A DNA stretch of 64,000 bases from Takakia lepidozioides (Eukaryota; Plantae; Bryophyta): the NCBI GenBank assembly GCA_030704615.1, contig CM060733.1, forward strand, positions 47,926,001 to 47,990,000. Reading direction: 5' to 3'. Below are positions 23,928 through 36,000 of this stretch, one piece after another; the first letter of the stretch is position 1; the number at the start of each line of letters is the position of its first letter. The notes beneath the pieces are model-generated. The model was not told where the DNA came from and did not search any database. It saw only the letters and a list, made by a program, of their open reading frames with translations. Made by a program: the position numbers and the translations under genes.

Positions 23928-25944
23928 ATGTGGGCTGAGCTTGCTTGTGTGCAGAAACAGATTGCAATGAATCATCCGAGGTTTTACGAGGTTTTAGGCA
24001 TAGTTTTAGTACTAGGCGTCATGGCGGGTGTGTTGTGTGGGGCAACACCACCATCGCCTGCTGCTGCAAGCTTGCAGAAGCACAGGAACATAAAAATGGC
24101 TGATGATCGTGTAGGCAAGAGTGGCCGGATTGCGGACGTGGAGGTGTTGTTGGCATTCAAGATTGGCATACTTAAGGATCCAAAAGGAATGCTAACGAAT
24201 TGGAGCGCAGCGGCCGGAAGAGACATTTGTCACTCATGGAACGGGGTCACCTGTGATGCAGCACATGCACACGTGGTACAACTGAATCTTGGAGGCATGG
24301 AGCTCCAAGGCACCATCACTCCATTGCTTGGCAATCTCTCCTTCTTGCAAACTCTCAACTTGTCCTCCAATGCTTTCACAGGTTTTGTCCCTACACACTT
24401 TGGAAAATGCAGTAGACTTGTTGTTGTAGATCGACATGTTACTTCCAATTAATTCCCTGGGTTAATGTGTCTTGGTGAGCTAGGCCAAAGCCAACACATG
24501 ACAACATAACTAGCAAGGCAGGAGTGAGCACATCAGTATGCTCACCGACAACATTTGTTTCTGCTCTATTCTCTGAACTAATCCATTACGAGCTACATAT
24601 GCACAAGGCTTTTAGGCTTAACAAACGCTTTGAGAAAGAAATTTTTTGGGGGCTCTCTCTTTCTTAATTCATGCTATCTCTTGTCCCATAAATGATCTCC
24701 TCGGAAGTTTTGAAGTATCATATTTCATGTCCTGTTAATTCCCGTGAAGCTGAGAACCTTACAAAGCCTGACAGTTTTGTACTTGCTATACAACAATCTC
24801 GCAGGTGTGATTCCTACTAGTTTGGGAGATTGCTCATCTTTGGTGGAGCTGGACTTGAGCAACAATCAGCTGGGTGGGCACATACCAAGGGAGTTAAGGG
24901 GGGTTGCAAAAACTAGCGATCCTTTACCTTTTCAGCAACACACTCACAGGCACCATTCCTTCTACTTTGGGAAATTGCTTATCTTTGGTGCAGCTAGACT
25001 TGGACTCCAATCAACTCACTGGAGACATACCGATTGAGCTAGGGAGGTTGGAAACCTAACGCAACTTTTCCTTTGGAACAACAGCGTCACAGGCACCATT
25101 CCTGCTAGTTTGGGAAATTGTTCATCTTTAGTGGATTTGGTGTTGACCAACAACCAGCTGAGTGGGAATATACCCGTGGAGCTAGGGATATTGCAGAATC
25201 TAACTTTCCTTTATCTTTTCAGCAACAATCTCACAGGCACCATTCCTGCAAGTTTGGGAAACTGCTACATCTTTGGTGGCCTTGGAGTTGTCCGACAATC
25301 AGCTTAGTGGGAACATACCCATGGAGCTAGGGGGGTTGCGAAACCTAACTTTTCTGTATCTTTGGAACAACATGCTTACAGTCACTATTCCATCTAGTTT
25401 GGGAAATTGCTCATCTTTGGTGTACCTTGACTTGTACTCAAATCAGCTGAGCGGGAGCATACCGATGGAGCTAGGGCGGTTGCAAAACCTAGCATACCTT
25501 CTCCTGTGGAACAACAGCCTCACAGGTACCATTCCTGCTAGTTTGGGAGATTGCTCATTTCGGCGATGTTGGACTTGGACTCCAATGAGTTAAGTGGGAA
25601 CATACCGGTGGAGCTAGGGCAGTTGCGAAGAATGGACTCCCAGGCACAATTCCTACTAGTGTGGGGGATTGCTCATCTTTGGTGGAACTAGAATTGTACT
25701 CCAATCGATTGACCTATAGATCTAGGGCGGTTGCAAAATCTAGAATATCTTTTCCTGTGGAACGACAGTCTGACTGGCATCATTCCTACTGGTTTGGGAG
25801 GTTGCTCATCGTTGATAGAGTTGGACTTGAGCCTAAATCAGCTGAGTGGAAATGTACTGATGGAGCTAGGGATGTTGCAAAACCTAACTGCCCTTTACCT
25901 TGGGAACAACAGCCTCACAGGCACCATTCCTACTAGTCTGGGAT
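23928..25944 (+). pseudogene. LRR-RLP paralog, frameshifted and 3'-truncated
   Basis: Hydrophobic signal region and LRRNT (LLAFK..DP...NW...C.SWNGVTC); near-identical to window 1-1770 from 24356; several frameshifts, a 169-bp deletion at GAAG microhomology, no TM. Confidence 0.9.
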
Positions 25945-26324
25945 TTCAAACTCGTGCAAGAAACATTTACATAGCTTGGAATCCGCCCAGAGAAGTTGTT
26001 AGATGAAGGAAATCCCAAGTTTACAGGTGATTGTATGGACGAGATTTGCAAATGTAGATGACATTGTACATGAAACAACGATGAACCCACTTTCTTGTGA
26101 GCACTGGAATACAGAAAAGTACAATCCACATCTGTGCGGAACATGGGAGAGAGAGAAAGAAGAGAAACCATGATGATGGTGCCAACTATGGCTAGCAAGC
26201 ATAAATATGAAGCTCCTTCTCCCTAGCAAGGCTCCTGCCCTCTTTGAGAGTTGGTGCTATGAGGTTTTGGGTTGGTTAGGACATGAGATGAAAATACAAA
26301 GCTTTTTGTTTCCTTACGAAACAC

Positions 26325-29300
26325 TCAGTGACTCATTTCTGCATCCACCAGTGCCTGGAGGACACTGGTCTTCTGCTTACCATAGGTGCACCGGCAAATG
26401 TGCATGGCTCGCTGATTTGCGGATTTGAACTGAACTGACTTCTTGCTGCCAGCACGCCTGGCTGCCTCTTTCGCCACAACTCCCATGCGTAGAGTACTTT
26501 TGCTGCCTGGGCACACTGCTACCATGGCCTCAACGGCTAGTTCTAAGAATGGGTTCAGCTCATGATTACTATTGATCGTGGTGTTGGGATAAGGTGTACA
26601 AGACTGTAGAAAGGAAGCCCGAACCCAGCTTTCTTCCAGAGATTTTAGCCCAAGACCCTTCAATCGTTTGTCAAGCTCTTGGTAGAACTTGGGCCCCAAT
26701 GCTGCCTGTGTCTCTCTGGCATTTGGATCTGACCCATTCTGTGATTGGGACTTGCCTACCAGCTCCATCTGCAGGTTGTATTGAAAAATCAGCTTCTTTG
26801 AGTGTAGAAATTCCGAAACAAAGTCTTAGGGATTAGACCAACAGCAGACCCTTTTTGATCAAGCCTTCAAGCATTTGACAATTCTGTTTTCCTTGTTGGA
26901 AGTTCACTTGTGTATGAGAGTGCAATTCTCCTTCTGAGGGTAGATTGCAGTCAGCAGCACTCACCAGCTTGATATATCGACTCGTGACTTGAGAGGGAGG
27001 GGATTCCAATGACTCTTCCAGCTTGCACCGAGTGCAGTCACAGACAAAGCCCCAGCCCTTGGTGCTAAGCTCCCTCCGTTGCTCTTGTGGCTGAAAGATG
27101 TTGAAGTAGTTCCGAGTGATCTCTTCCCCAGCCCGCAGATCACGGGATGCAAACACAAACAAGTTTCTCCCAACAAGCATTAGCGATGAGTTGGGAAGGC
27201 ATGAGTGGTTGATGAAGGAGGGCAGCCACCATAACCCCCATGACTCCACCTGCACCCATCCAATGTTCTTTCAAGTCAAATTATTGTGAGAATGCGACCC
27301 TCATGCAGTGTCCATGCAACTCGAAACCCTCCATGTGTCACTTTGGAGACAGCAAGTCTGCATCTACCTTTGATCGCTCACAACCCAACAGATACCTTTC
27401 TTGAAACCTGTCATAATTGGTACTATTGGTAGTCTGTTATAGAGCCCTTTTTCTTGAAGAAGAATTTCAGGCCCCAACTTCTCTACTAGCAGCCCATGCC
27501 AACGGAATGTTTGCTCCATGCGTGCATGGGGTCCCTCATAAGAAGAGGAGAGGGAGAGAGAGAGATTGACCTTGTTTTCTTTTTCCCCTGAGTCTCGCCA
27601 GTTTCTCCATCCCAATGTGGTGTTGCCATTTATTGCATTGAGCTGAATGATGCGGCAAATGTGTTCAGTGTCAAGTTGGGTAACAGGTGTCCCGTTCCTT
27701 CCAAGGGCAGAGATACTTATAAGAGATGCTGGCAAAGGTCCATTTCCATGGAACATAGAACTCAGTTTTTGAAAATCTCTGTCACCAAGTACACCCAATG
27801 CTTCATGAAGCAACCTGCTCGCAACTTCCTTACAGGATTCATCTGCTATCTGCTCTGAACCAGACGAAGTTGGTTTGAACTGCGTGAAAGCCATGGGGTT
27901 TGCAACAAGTAAAAGGTCACCAGCCTCTACATCTTTGGTCAGAATCAGACCCCGTCCATGCCCGCTGCATTCCTCGATCTTTACGGACCCTACGAATTCC
28001 GCGTATGAAGGGATCTCTCCAACAAATCGCCCTCTTGAGTAGAAATGTGACAAATCAAACACGCCATGCTGGCTTTGCTGGACACCAACAATGCTCTCCT
28101 GAAGTGCAGCTTGGAGGTCTTTGTCTGAAGGAGCACGCGGAGCAGCTGCCTGCAAGGAAAGACAGTTTGCTGGATGATGTCAAAAAAGAGAGGAAAGGAA
28201 ACCACTTTCGTCAATAGCAAAAAGATTGGCCCATTCAGAAAACTCTCTCCAAAACCCGAAATGTAAAAACGAAGGGCCAAAAATAACTCGACAATAGGAG
28301 CAAGCAATGCCTCCTTGTAAGAAGTTCTCCAGGAACCAGAGCTCGTCGCCTATTACAGTGACCAAGAGATTGTAATACAGCACTACTTAATTAATGAAGC
28401 AGCAATTAGTTGATCAAACTAACAAAGTAAACAGAGACCACCGCACCTGTAAGATTTCCAGAGCTTCCTGGTATTGACCAAGCCCAAGTAAGGCCCTTCC
28501 CTTTCTAAACAAGCTCTTGAGATGGTTGGATTCAAGAGCCAGGGCACTGTCTCCATCAGCAAGCGCGTTCTCGTAAAGATGCAGACGAATCCAGGCTTCA
28601 GCACGATTTGAATATCCCAGCAGAACCTCACATTCAGCCGCATGTCCATTGGCCTGAGCATCATCCTCGATAGGTTCAATCCCTTTTGATGGCTTTGCCA
28701 GGTCGTCGGCAGGAGATCTGTGTTCCTGTTCCCATTTAGCCTGAAGGATCCCCCTACTGTACAACTCTACAGCTCCTTGAAAGTCTCCTTGTGAGAACTT
28801 GTTGTTTCCTTGTATGCGTAAGGCTTTGGAAGATAGATGGTCAAAGTTGCCACTTAATATTTGCTCTCCTATCCTGTTTTCAACTGGGCTCTGTTCTACT
28901 AACCTTGCCTCTTGTTGGCTCTCGCCATCAAAACTTCCGGCTAAGGTTCCCCTTTGCACTGGTTTTTCATCATTTGATACTGCCACACAGTCACTTAAGT
29001 CAATCTCTTGTAACTGTTCCTTTGCAGCTGAACTTCTGGCCTCTGGTGGTGTTTTTGCCTGTAACAGCATGTCTACATCTGAGCCCCTAGTGAAGTCCTC
29101 TGTGTCCTCTCCTCCCGCGCTCAAACTTGAGAGACCTCCCGAGTCATCATGAACTTCCTCCAGTGGTTGAGTGAGCTCTTGAAGGTTAGACTGTCGGCTA
29201 TCTGATTGTGGCCTCTTCCCGTTCGAGCTCCTTTCTATGTCCTCCACACCACACGCATCCAAACTTGGACTGGACTCAATCAATTTTAAATGCTCCTCTG

Positions 29301-30810
29301 CAGTGGGACTGGTAGGCTGTAGTGATGTCAGCACCTGTGGTGTCTTTCCATCTGTGGTACTCATCACAGAGTTACTTGTCTGCTCTACTTCTAGATCTCT
29401 CGAACAGTCATTTGCTTCCTCTTCCAATTCGGCAAGTGTGATCTGCACATCAGAGCTCTCAGTTGTTGCATCCTTTTGCAATCCCTCTTCAGAGCCATGG
29501 CTATCCTTCTTTTCAATATCCTTACTTGAATCTTGACTGCTGACCTCTAAAGGATGCTCTGCTCCTAAGCTTTCAGCTACTTCTTCCATTTGCATATCTT
29601 CTCCTACTCCTGCCAAAATGCTGCTGGAATCCTTGTTCTGTTCAACTTTACTGGGAGCTGAGCTGCTGGCCTCTGATAGTTTTCCACCTTCAGATACACC
29701 GGCTACAGTTTCCCTGCTCACATCACTTTCCCCTGCTTCAGAGGTCTCTTCTGCATCTTTTTCAGCGGTTTGGCTGCTGACATCTTTAGATTCCTCTCCT
29801 TTTGGTTTCTCACTCATGCTTTGAGAGATGTCACCATTTGAGTGAAGCGCTTCTGGAGTGGACGCCCCAACCCCTGAGACGAAAGTCTCTTTCCCGGCGT
29901 TACTCTCATGATCACTTGGCCTCCTCTCCCAATCCATTTCTGGCATTGAAAGAAATACAATATCATCTGGGTTTTCAACAAGAACACCCACCATTCCATC
30001 TGGAAATCGCTTCAAGTAAGGATCTCTCACAGCCACCCTTGCACCCTCTGGGTAGCAATGCTGTGCTTGTGTCATACTAGCCCGCATAGGTACTGCATTA
30101 GTCAGCGTTATTTTAGCTGCCAAGCCCGAGTCTTCCTCCAGCACATTTACCTGGAGAACAAAGTAATTAGTTTTTGAAGTAAATACAAGAAGCTTGGACA
30201 CCAGTGTGCATGAGGGAGATGGTAAAGAATTCCCTATTGAACTGCCAACATTGTTCACACTGATTATTATTTATTACTCACGAATTCTCAATGCTGCTGT
30301 GCCTTGCTGAAAGAAAAGACTGGTTTGTCGTTCAGGTTATTTCTTGGTCAGTCCATGACTTCTACACCCCGGGTGTGTGTGTGTGTGGGTGTGTGTGTGT
30401 GAAAGAGAGAGGGAGAGAGGAGAAGAAATACCAACCACAGAGTGTATCTTGAGAGATTTCACGCAGAACCGACCCTCAAGCACGTGCCTGCGATGGGTTT
30501 TTCCCACCTTCATCTCCTTGAACGATATGGGCTTGAGACCCTTCCACGGGACCCCCGGAAGAACTGGAGGGATGGACGGCGCCTCGCTATCCGCTAATGA
30601 AGTTCCAGGGAGCAACCCCATCTCTAGCATGTGTGCATCATGCAGGGCTGCCAGGTGAGCTGCAACCAGTCCTGTCTTCTCAAAATACTCCGAGGCATGA
30701 ATTGTCTCAGCCGGCCCTGGACCCACCAATTTGCTGCCAGGGGACGTGCTTCCTATTTCGTGTGTCCCCTTTTTCACCGGACTGGCAGTTAGCTCCATGT
30801 GGGCTGGCAT
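26325..30810 (-). CDS. Multi-exon TPR + SET domain protein (SMYD-like lysine methyltransferase)
   Basis: TPRs (GNNKFSQGDFQGAVELYSRG, YSNRAEA); SET N GRGLILTKDVEAGDLL; SFINHSCLPN; GEEITRNY; post-SET WGFVCDCTRC; GT-AG introns visible. Confidence 0.85.
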
Positions 30811-32199
30811 GATTGCTACTGAACAATCGGACTACCTATGAGAGTGTTAACGAGGTTGAGGAAAGAGATGGCAAGAACCCAACCGCTGAATTGGCGATCT
30901 GAAAAGCAGACTCGTGAGTCAATGCGGTTGATGTCTGAACTTTCTTGGGTCCTTCTCTTTTCTTCCTCTCTGAAACACTGCCTGCGTTCTTTTTTGCTAC
31001 TGGTATTGCACCCAATGATCACTGCCGCCTCTTGAAGAAACCACTACCGCATCAGCAAGAAATCTCTCTCTCTCGCTCTCTCAAACATAAAACAGGCGAA
31101 GCATCCCCCACTCACTGTCGTTGCCTCTCCCGCTACCAGCGAAGAAACACGCTTAGCCCATCAAGAAGTCTGAATCTTCCTACATCCTCTTCTCCTCTCC
31201 CTGTCTGCCCTACGCCTCTACCCATCAACCCCTCTCTGCTGCTTTCTTCGCACTGCAGCATTGCACAACTGCAGCGGATCAAGGATTGCAGTGTGTCAAT
31301 CGGTAGCATAAACCCCGCGTTGCAGCGCGTATAGACCCTCCGACCGACGTGTGAACAGGCTCGCCATGGCTTGCGCAAAGCCAGGTGTCTAGCATGTCAG
31401 GATCGCACGATCTCTTTACTACGCAAGTCAAATCTCCACATCTTTTACATATTTGCGGTTCCCATCCACTCGCCTCCTAAATTTGTCCACTTGATCTTCT
31501 CTGCACTGCAGTTTAGCACCACCTTTGCATTGTCATCTGCGTCGCCTCCATCACATTTGCTTCAAACAACCAACTACAAAACTAGTGCGAGGCAATCGTA
31601 AGCTGTGAGCCCAAGTGTGGACTAACAACAAGTCGCTGCAAGCAGTAAGGATCCCATGAGCCCTCGAAAATTGTGAGCCTCAGAGCGGCTTGGGCTATCC
31701 TCTCAACTCTCAACCTTTTACCCCACCTACTTGTTACTCGCCTTCACTAACTTAGTACCGAAAGAGCTGGACTGGTCTAGAATCTGAAGATTCCTTTGTC
31801 GTCCTGTGGCCCCGTTTATGGATGTGCTTGTCTTATGGTCGAACTCTGTACTTTTGTATATGGTTTGTCATAGTGGAGTATACTTAACACTGGTTTCGAA
31901 CACCGGTTTTGATGGGCACTCGCAATCTGCCCACATGAATTGGCCCGAAGTTTGTAGCCCCTCTTTCGTTTAAATCGAATATTCTTTAACCCTTAAGCGC
32001 CGAGCACCATTTTGGTGGGCGCAGTAAAAAATAGTGCATACTCGCATGGAGGGAGTAACTTTTTACACCCAACCATGCATGCTGATGAACCTTATACTTA
32101 TGTGCATATCTACTACATCCATATCCTGTGAAAAGTGTAATCAATTTGACCAATGCATCTGGAGATTACAACAACATAATCTGCCCCAATTTGTAAATG

Positions 32200-32411
32200 T
32201 ATATATATATTATTTAAAGGAAACCTGGGAGCGGACAGCCCACAATTCAGGCCCTTGAGGAGGGGGAAAAATTAACCCCCTTTCATTTATGGGCCATGAG
32301 GCCTACAGGACGATACCGTCACCAACAATCCCAACACGGGGCAGGGCAGCGGGTTTGAACCCCGAACCACCAGGGCGACACACTGTGCACTTACCAGCTG
32401 AGCTACCAGCC
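32200..32411 (-). mobile_element. tRNA-derived SINE
   Basis: Minus strand GGCTGGTAGCTCAGCTGGT (A box) ... GGTTCAAACCC (B box), body, (AT)n tail. Confidence 0.7.
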
Positions 32412-33087
32412 GATGTTAAGATTAGTGTTCAATGCTAGGCTTAGTCCCTAAATTGCATGCCATTCAAACTAATGTGTTGCATTGTGTCCCATTCCATTCC
32501 ATTCAAACTAGGTGTTCAATTGATGTCAAGCATTTCAACTTGGGATTAAGAGAATATCTTTTGTATGTAAGCATATTCTGTTATTTTAGCATCTTGGGAT
32601 CTGGAATCTGGGCCTAGGGTGGGAGTCTTTTCGTCGTTTGCAGTGTACATAGCTCTTTCGGTGTACCTAGTGTAGAGTAGGCGTTGACATGATCCAACTT
32701 ATTGCAGATATGTAAGGCGCTGTCTGTCGGTGCCCTCTCGCAAGTTGCAAGGCAACAACAGTAAGGTAATAACAAGTGGGTATGTAGCAGTGTGGGGCTT
32801 GTGGGTCTGTCTGACAGTGTTCTGTGTCGTCATAAATCGTCATCAAGAGGGGCAATCATTGTGCACAGGGACTTGACAAATCGGTCTTGCATGCATACAG
32901 ACAAGACCCACATTCTGGAACCTGTTCCCAGCGATGGAGGAAGGCATGCTTTCATCCCTGACAACATAACGTCTTAAAACCTCAGCAAAGGGTTTAGGGT
33001 TTCTCAATTCTCTCTTTTCCTCTCTCTGTTTTTTCTCTCTCCCGGTCTTGAGATACACATACAGCTACAGTGCGTGCATCGGGCGTC

Positions 33088-36000
33088 ATGCCTTCCACCA
33101 GAAAGGGGAAGTTGTCCGCCTCAATTGAGGAGTCACACAGGCAGACTGGATCGCGCGAAAGTGAGTCCAAGTCGCATTCACGTCATGGTATGATCATCAC
33201 TCGCGCTCTTCCAAGTTTCGGCACGATTGAGTGATGTATGGAGCGACCAATGTATGATTTTTTATGTCTCTGATCGTTCGTGGATTGTATTTGTGTTTTC
33301 TGGTCAGAAGAAGATCCAGAAATGGCGGGTTTCGGTACCGAGACCCAGCACCTGTTTGGGAGCAGTGGGGATGAGGAACCAGATACCTTGGATATTGTCC
33401 CTATGTAAGTATCTACTTCGATTTGGTTGGAGTTAGAGAAGTACATCCTTTGTAGAATTATTAGAGCGAGTTTCTGCACCCATATACAATTATTTGTAAT
33501 GAGCTTCAGTTAGCTGCTGGAGAGGGCTGATTGTTAGGACACTTGGTTAGGTGGAAATTTGGGTATTTTCTGTGCTCTCTCTCTCTCTCTCTCTCTCCCC
33601 CTCAAGGAAATTGTGCCTGTACCTCTGTTTAACAACTTTGAAAATCTTGAGACTGAGCCAAAAGCCCAGGCCCTTTTGGGGTCTAGCTATTGGGCAAATC
33701 ACACACATCAGATTGATGCTTGTGTGAAGGGATTTCTGGAGGATATCTGGAAATCTCCGATCAACTGTTTATTCCAAGGTAAATCATACTACCCGCGTCA
33801 GCCCCTGACAAAGGTAGTTTCTGTCCCTTTATGTTCCGCTCAAACTGGGCGCGGGGTCAATGGCCACAAGGCTACGGCAAACATGTCTTATGAGTACATT
33901 CTCTCTCTCCCCCCCCTCCCTGCGAAAAAAGAAGAAAACAAAAGAAAATAACGTACTCAATCTGATGAAGGTTCTGTATATTACCCAATTGGACATTCAT
34001 TTTACCTGAGGTCGCACAAGATAACCTTTTCAGGCATGAAGATGGTCGGCTACGGCTACGGGCAGACATAGCCATGGAGGGCCCCGAATACTCAGGCAGG
34101 AAGAGCAGCCGCAAGGCTGCATTCGAAGGCAATGAGTCAGACGACAATGAGCATCAAAGCAGTGAAGAGGAGAGGGGGGAGCAAGATGGTCGAAATGCCA
34201 ACAAGACAGATGGTGTGCAGTTTGGCATGAGCTCTGATGAGGATGACGAAAGACTGGTACATAACATAAACTCTTGCTACCCTGGGGATTCTCAACCACA
34301 CAGACAGTTCATCATGGAGTTCATTAGTCCTTCGTTCTGAGCGTGATATGACATGACTCTCTCCTGCCAAGCTTGTTCCAAGTTCTGAGAAGGCTGTTTC
34401 TTGTTTGTGTGCAAAGATGGGCGGTTGGCAAGTAGGGAAGGGAGAGGATGATGAACTTGAGGTGCTCAATCGAGAATATGAGGAACTACGTGAACAAGAA
34501 GAGTAAGGTGCCCTCGTCTTAATGAAGGTGTCTTGCTTTATCATTCATACAGCACAGGTTTTTGATGGAGATTGATCAATGTACATCTGGTTAACTGTCA
34601 GGGCCTTGGGGAAGAACTGGACTTGAATGCATTGTGTTCACTTTGGATGTTATCCGACTGATAGAGGTCGTTGTACATTCAAGTAAGTATGCAAATGAAT
34701 ATTGTGTTTGTCATGCGTGAACAGGGAGATGATGAAGAACTTGAAAGGACAAGGTGCTGAAGACCATGAAAAGGGTGAGGCTGTGAGCCACCAAAAGGTA
34801 CTGCCCTGAGTCCTCACATAGCTTTGTGCAGAAGAGATTAAACTGTTCTCCTAACGCGCTGCAATGTTGTAACGTCCACAAGCTCCTCATGTGCTTGACA
34901 AGACCTCACTAAACTGCAGCCACAATTGGATGGCATTGATATTGGCTGGCCGAGACATTGCCATCAAGGCTGTAGTTATTGAGCTACGAGGCCTGATCCT
35001 TTCCTTCTTTGAGTTTCACAGCACTGCCTGATTTGGTGAACACAGGCTTTATGGGACAGAGCTCTGGAGACTCGTATTGGCTTACAGAAATTGGTGTCAG
35101 GTGCCAACCGATTGCCACAGGTACAATTAAAATTTATGTGTACATATGCTTATTTTAAAATTGTATGTACATCCAATAAACATCGAATTTTACAATCCAT
35201 CAATGAATGTTGTTAATGCACCATAACGTGACATACCTATCACTATCCACTGATGGCCTCTCAAGTTTCAATAGCTTGTTTGCTTCGAACCGCAGTGGCT
35301 TGAAAGTCCGTGTTCTCTTGCATTGCTCAACTGTTTTTTTCCCAGTAGGGTAGTTGTGGGCACAAAGTTTCTCCTGATGTACTGTGTGTCCAGCTCAAAC
35401 CTGTTGTCATGTTGTAAGTCCAGAGTTTGTACTCTGCACTTCTATGGTAAATAGGATTTGGGTGATCATGGAACTGTACTTTGGCAGGGGCGAGCCAAGG
35501 AGATGTTCTGTAAATCAGATGCGCAAACACAAAAAGCATATTCCTTGTTGACAAAGTCTGCTGTTCGGGCCCTCGATTGCCTCCTAGACCTTGAGAGGGT
35601 AACAGAATCTTCCGAGACCTTACTTCACTGAGAGTCTCAGGTAGATTTTTGCTTGCAGGCACAAGCAGAAACCTAAAACAGCTGGCCTCTGTTACTTGCA
35701 TGATAGGGAGTGAAGTTCTTTGTGACCAGAGGACTGCAGCCTCACCTTGCTGGTTCTGCCATGGTCTATGGTAGTGGTGAACTCATCTCTCACATTAGAG
35801 CTGTTTGGACTCGGTGTCAGGCTTTGCTTGAGCAAAACAGCGCAATAACGGAGGCCTATGCAGGAAGTCTCAATGGTAAGTGTTGGGCAAATGGGTTTTC
35901 TTTTGACTCCATGGTGATTCTAGTTTCAATTTACCTGTGGAGATGATTTTTCACCTCATAACAGTCAGGCAGTTTGTTTCCCAGCAATGACAACCATACC

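Noticed and set aside
31986-32000. piggyBac-like TTAACCCT end, with AGGGTTAA at about 54776
   Set aside because: Very short match, 23 kb apart, enclosing host genes and no transposase.
32335-32411. Functional tRNA gene (also 6048-6130 and 50790-50870)
   Set aside because: A and B boxes are present but there is no clean acceptor/anticodon cloverleaf; each has a body and tail typical of SINEs.
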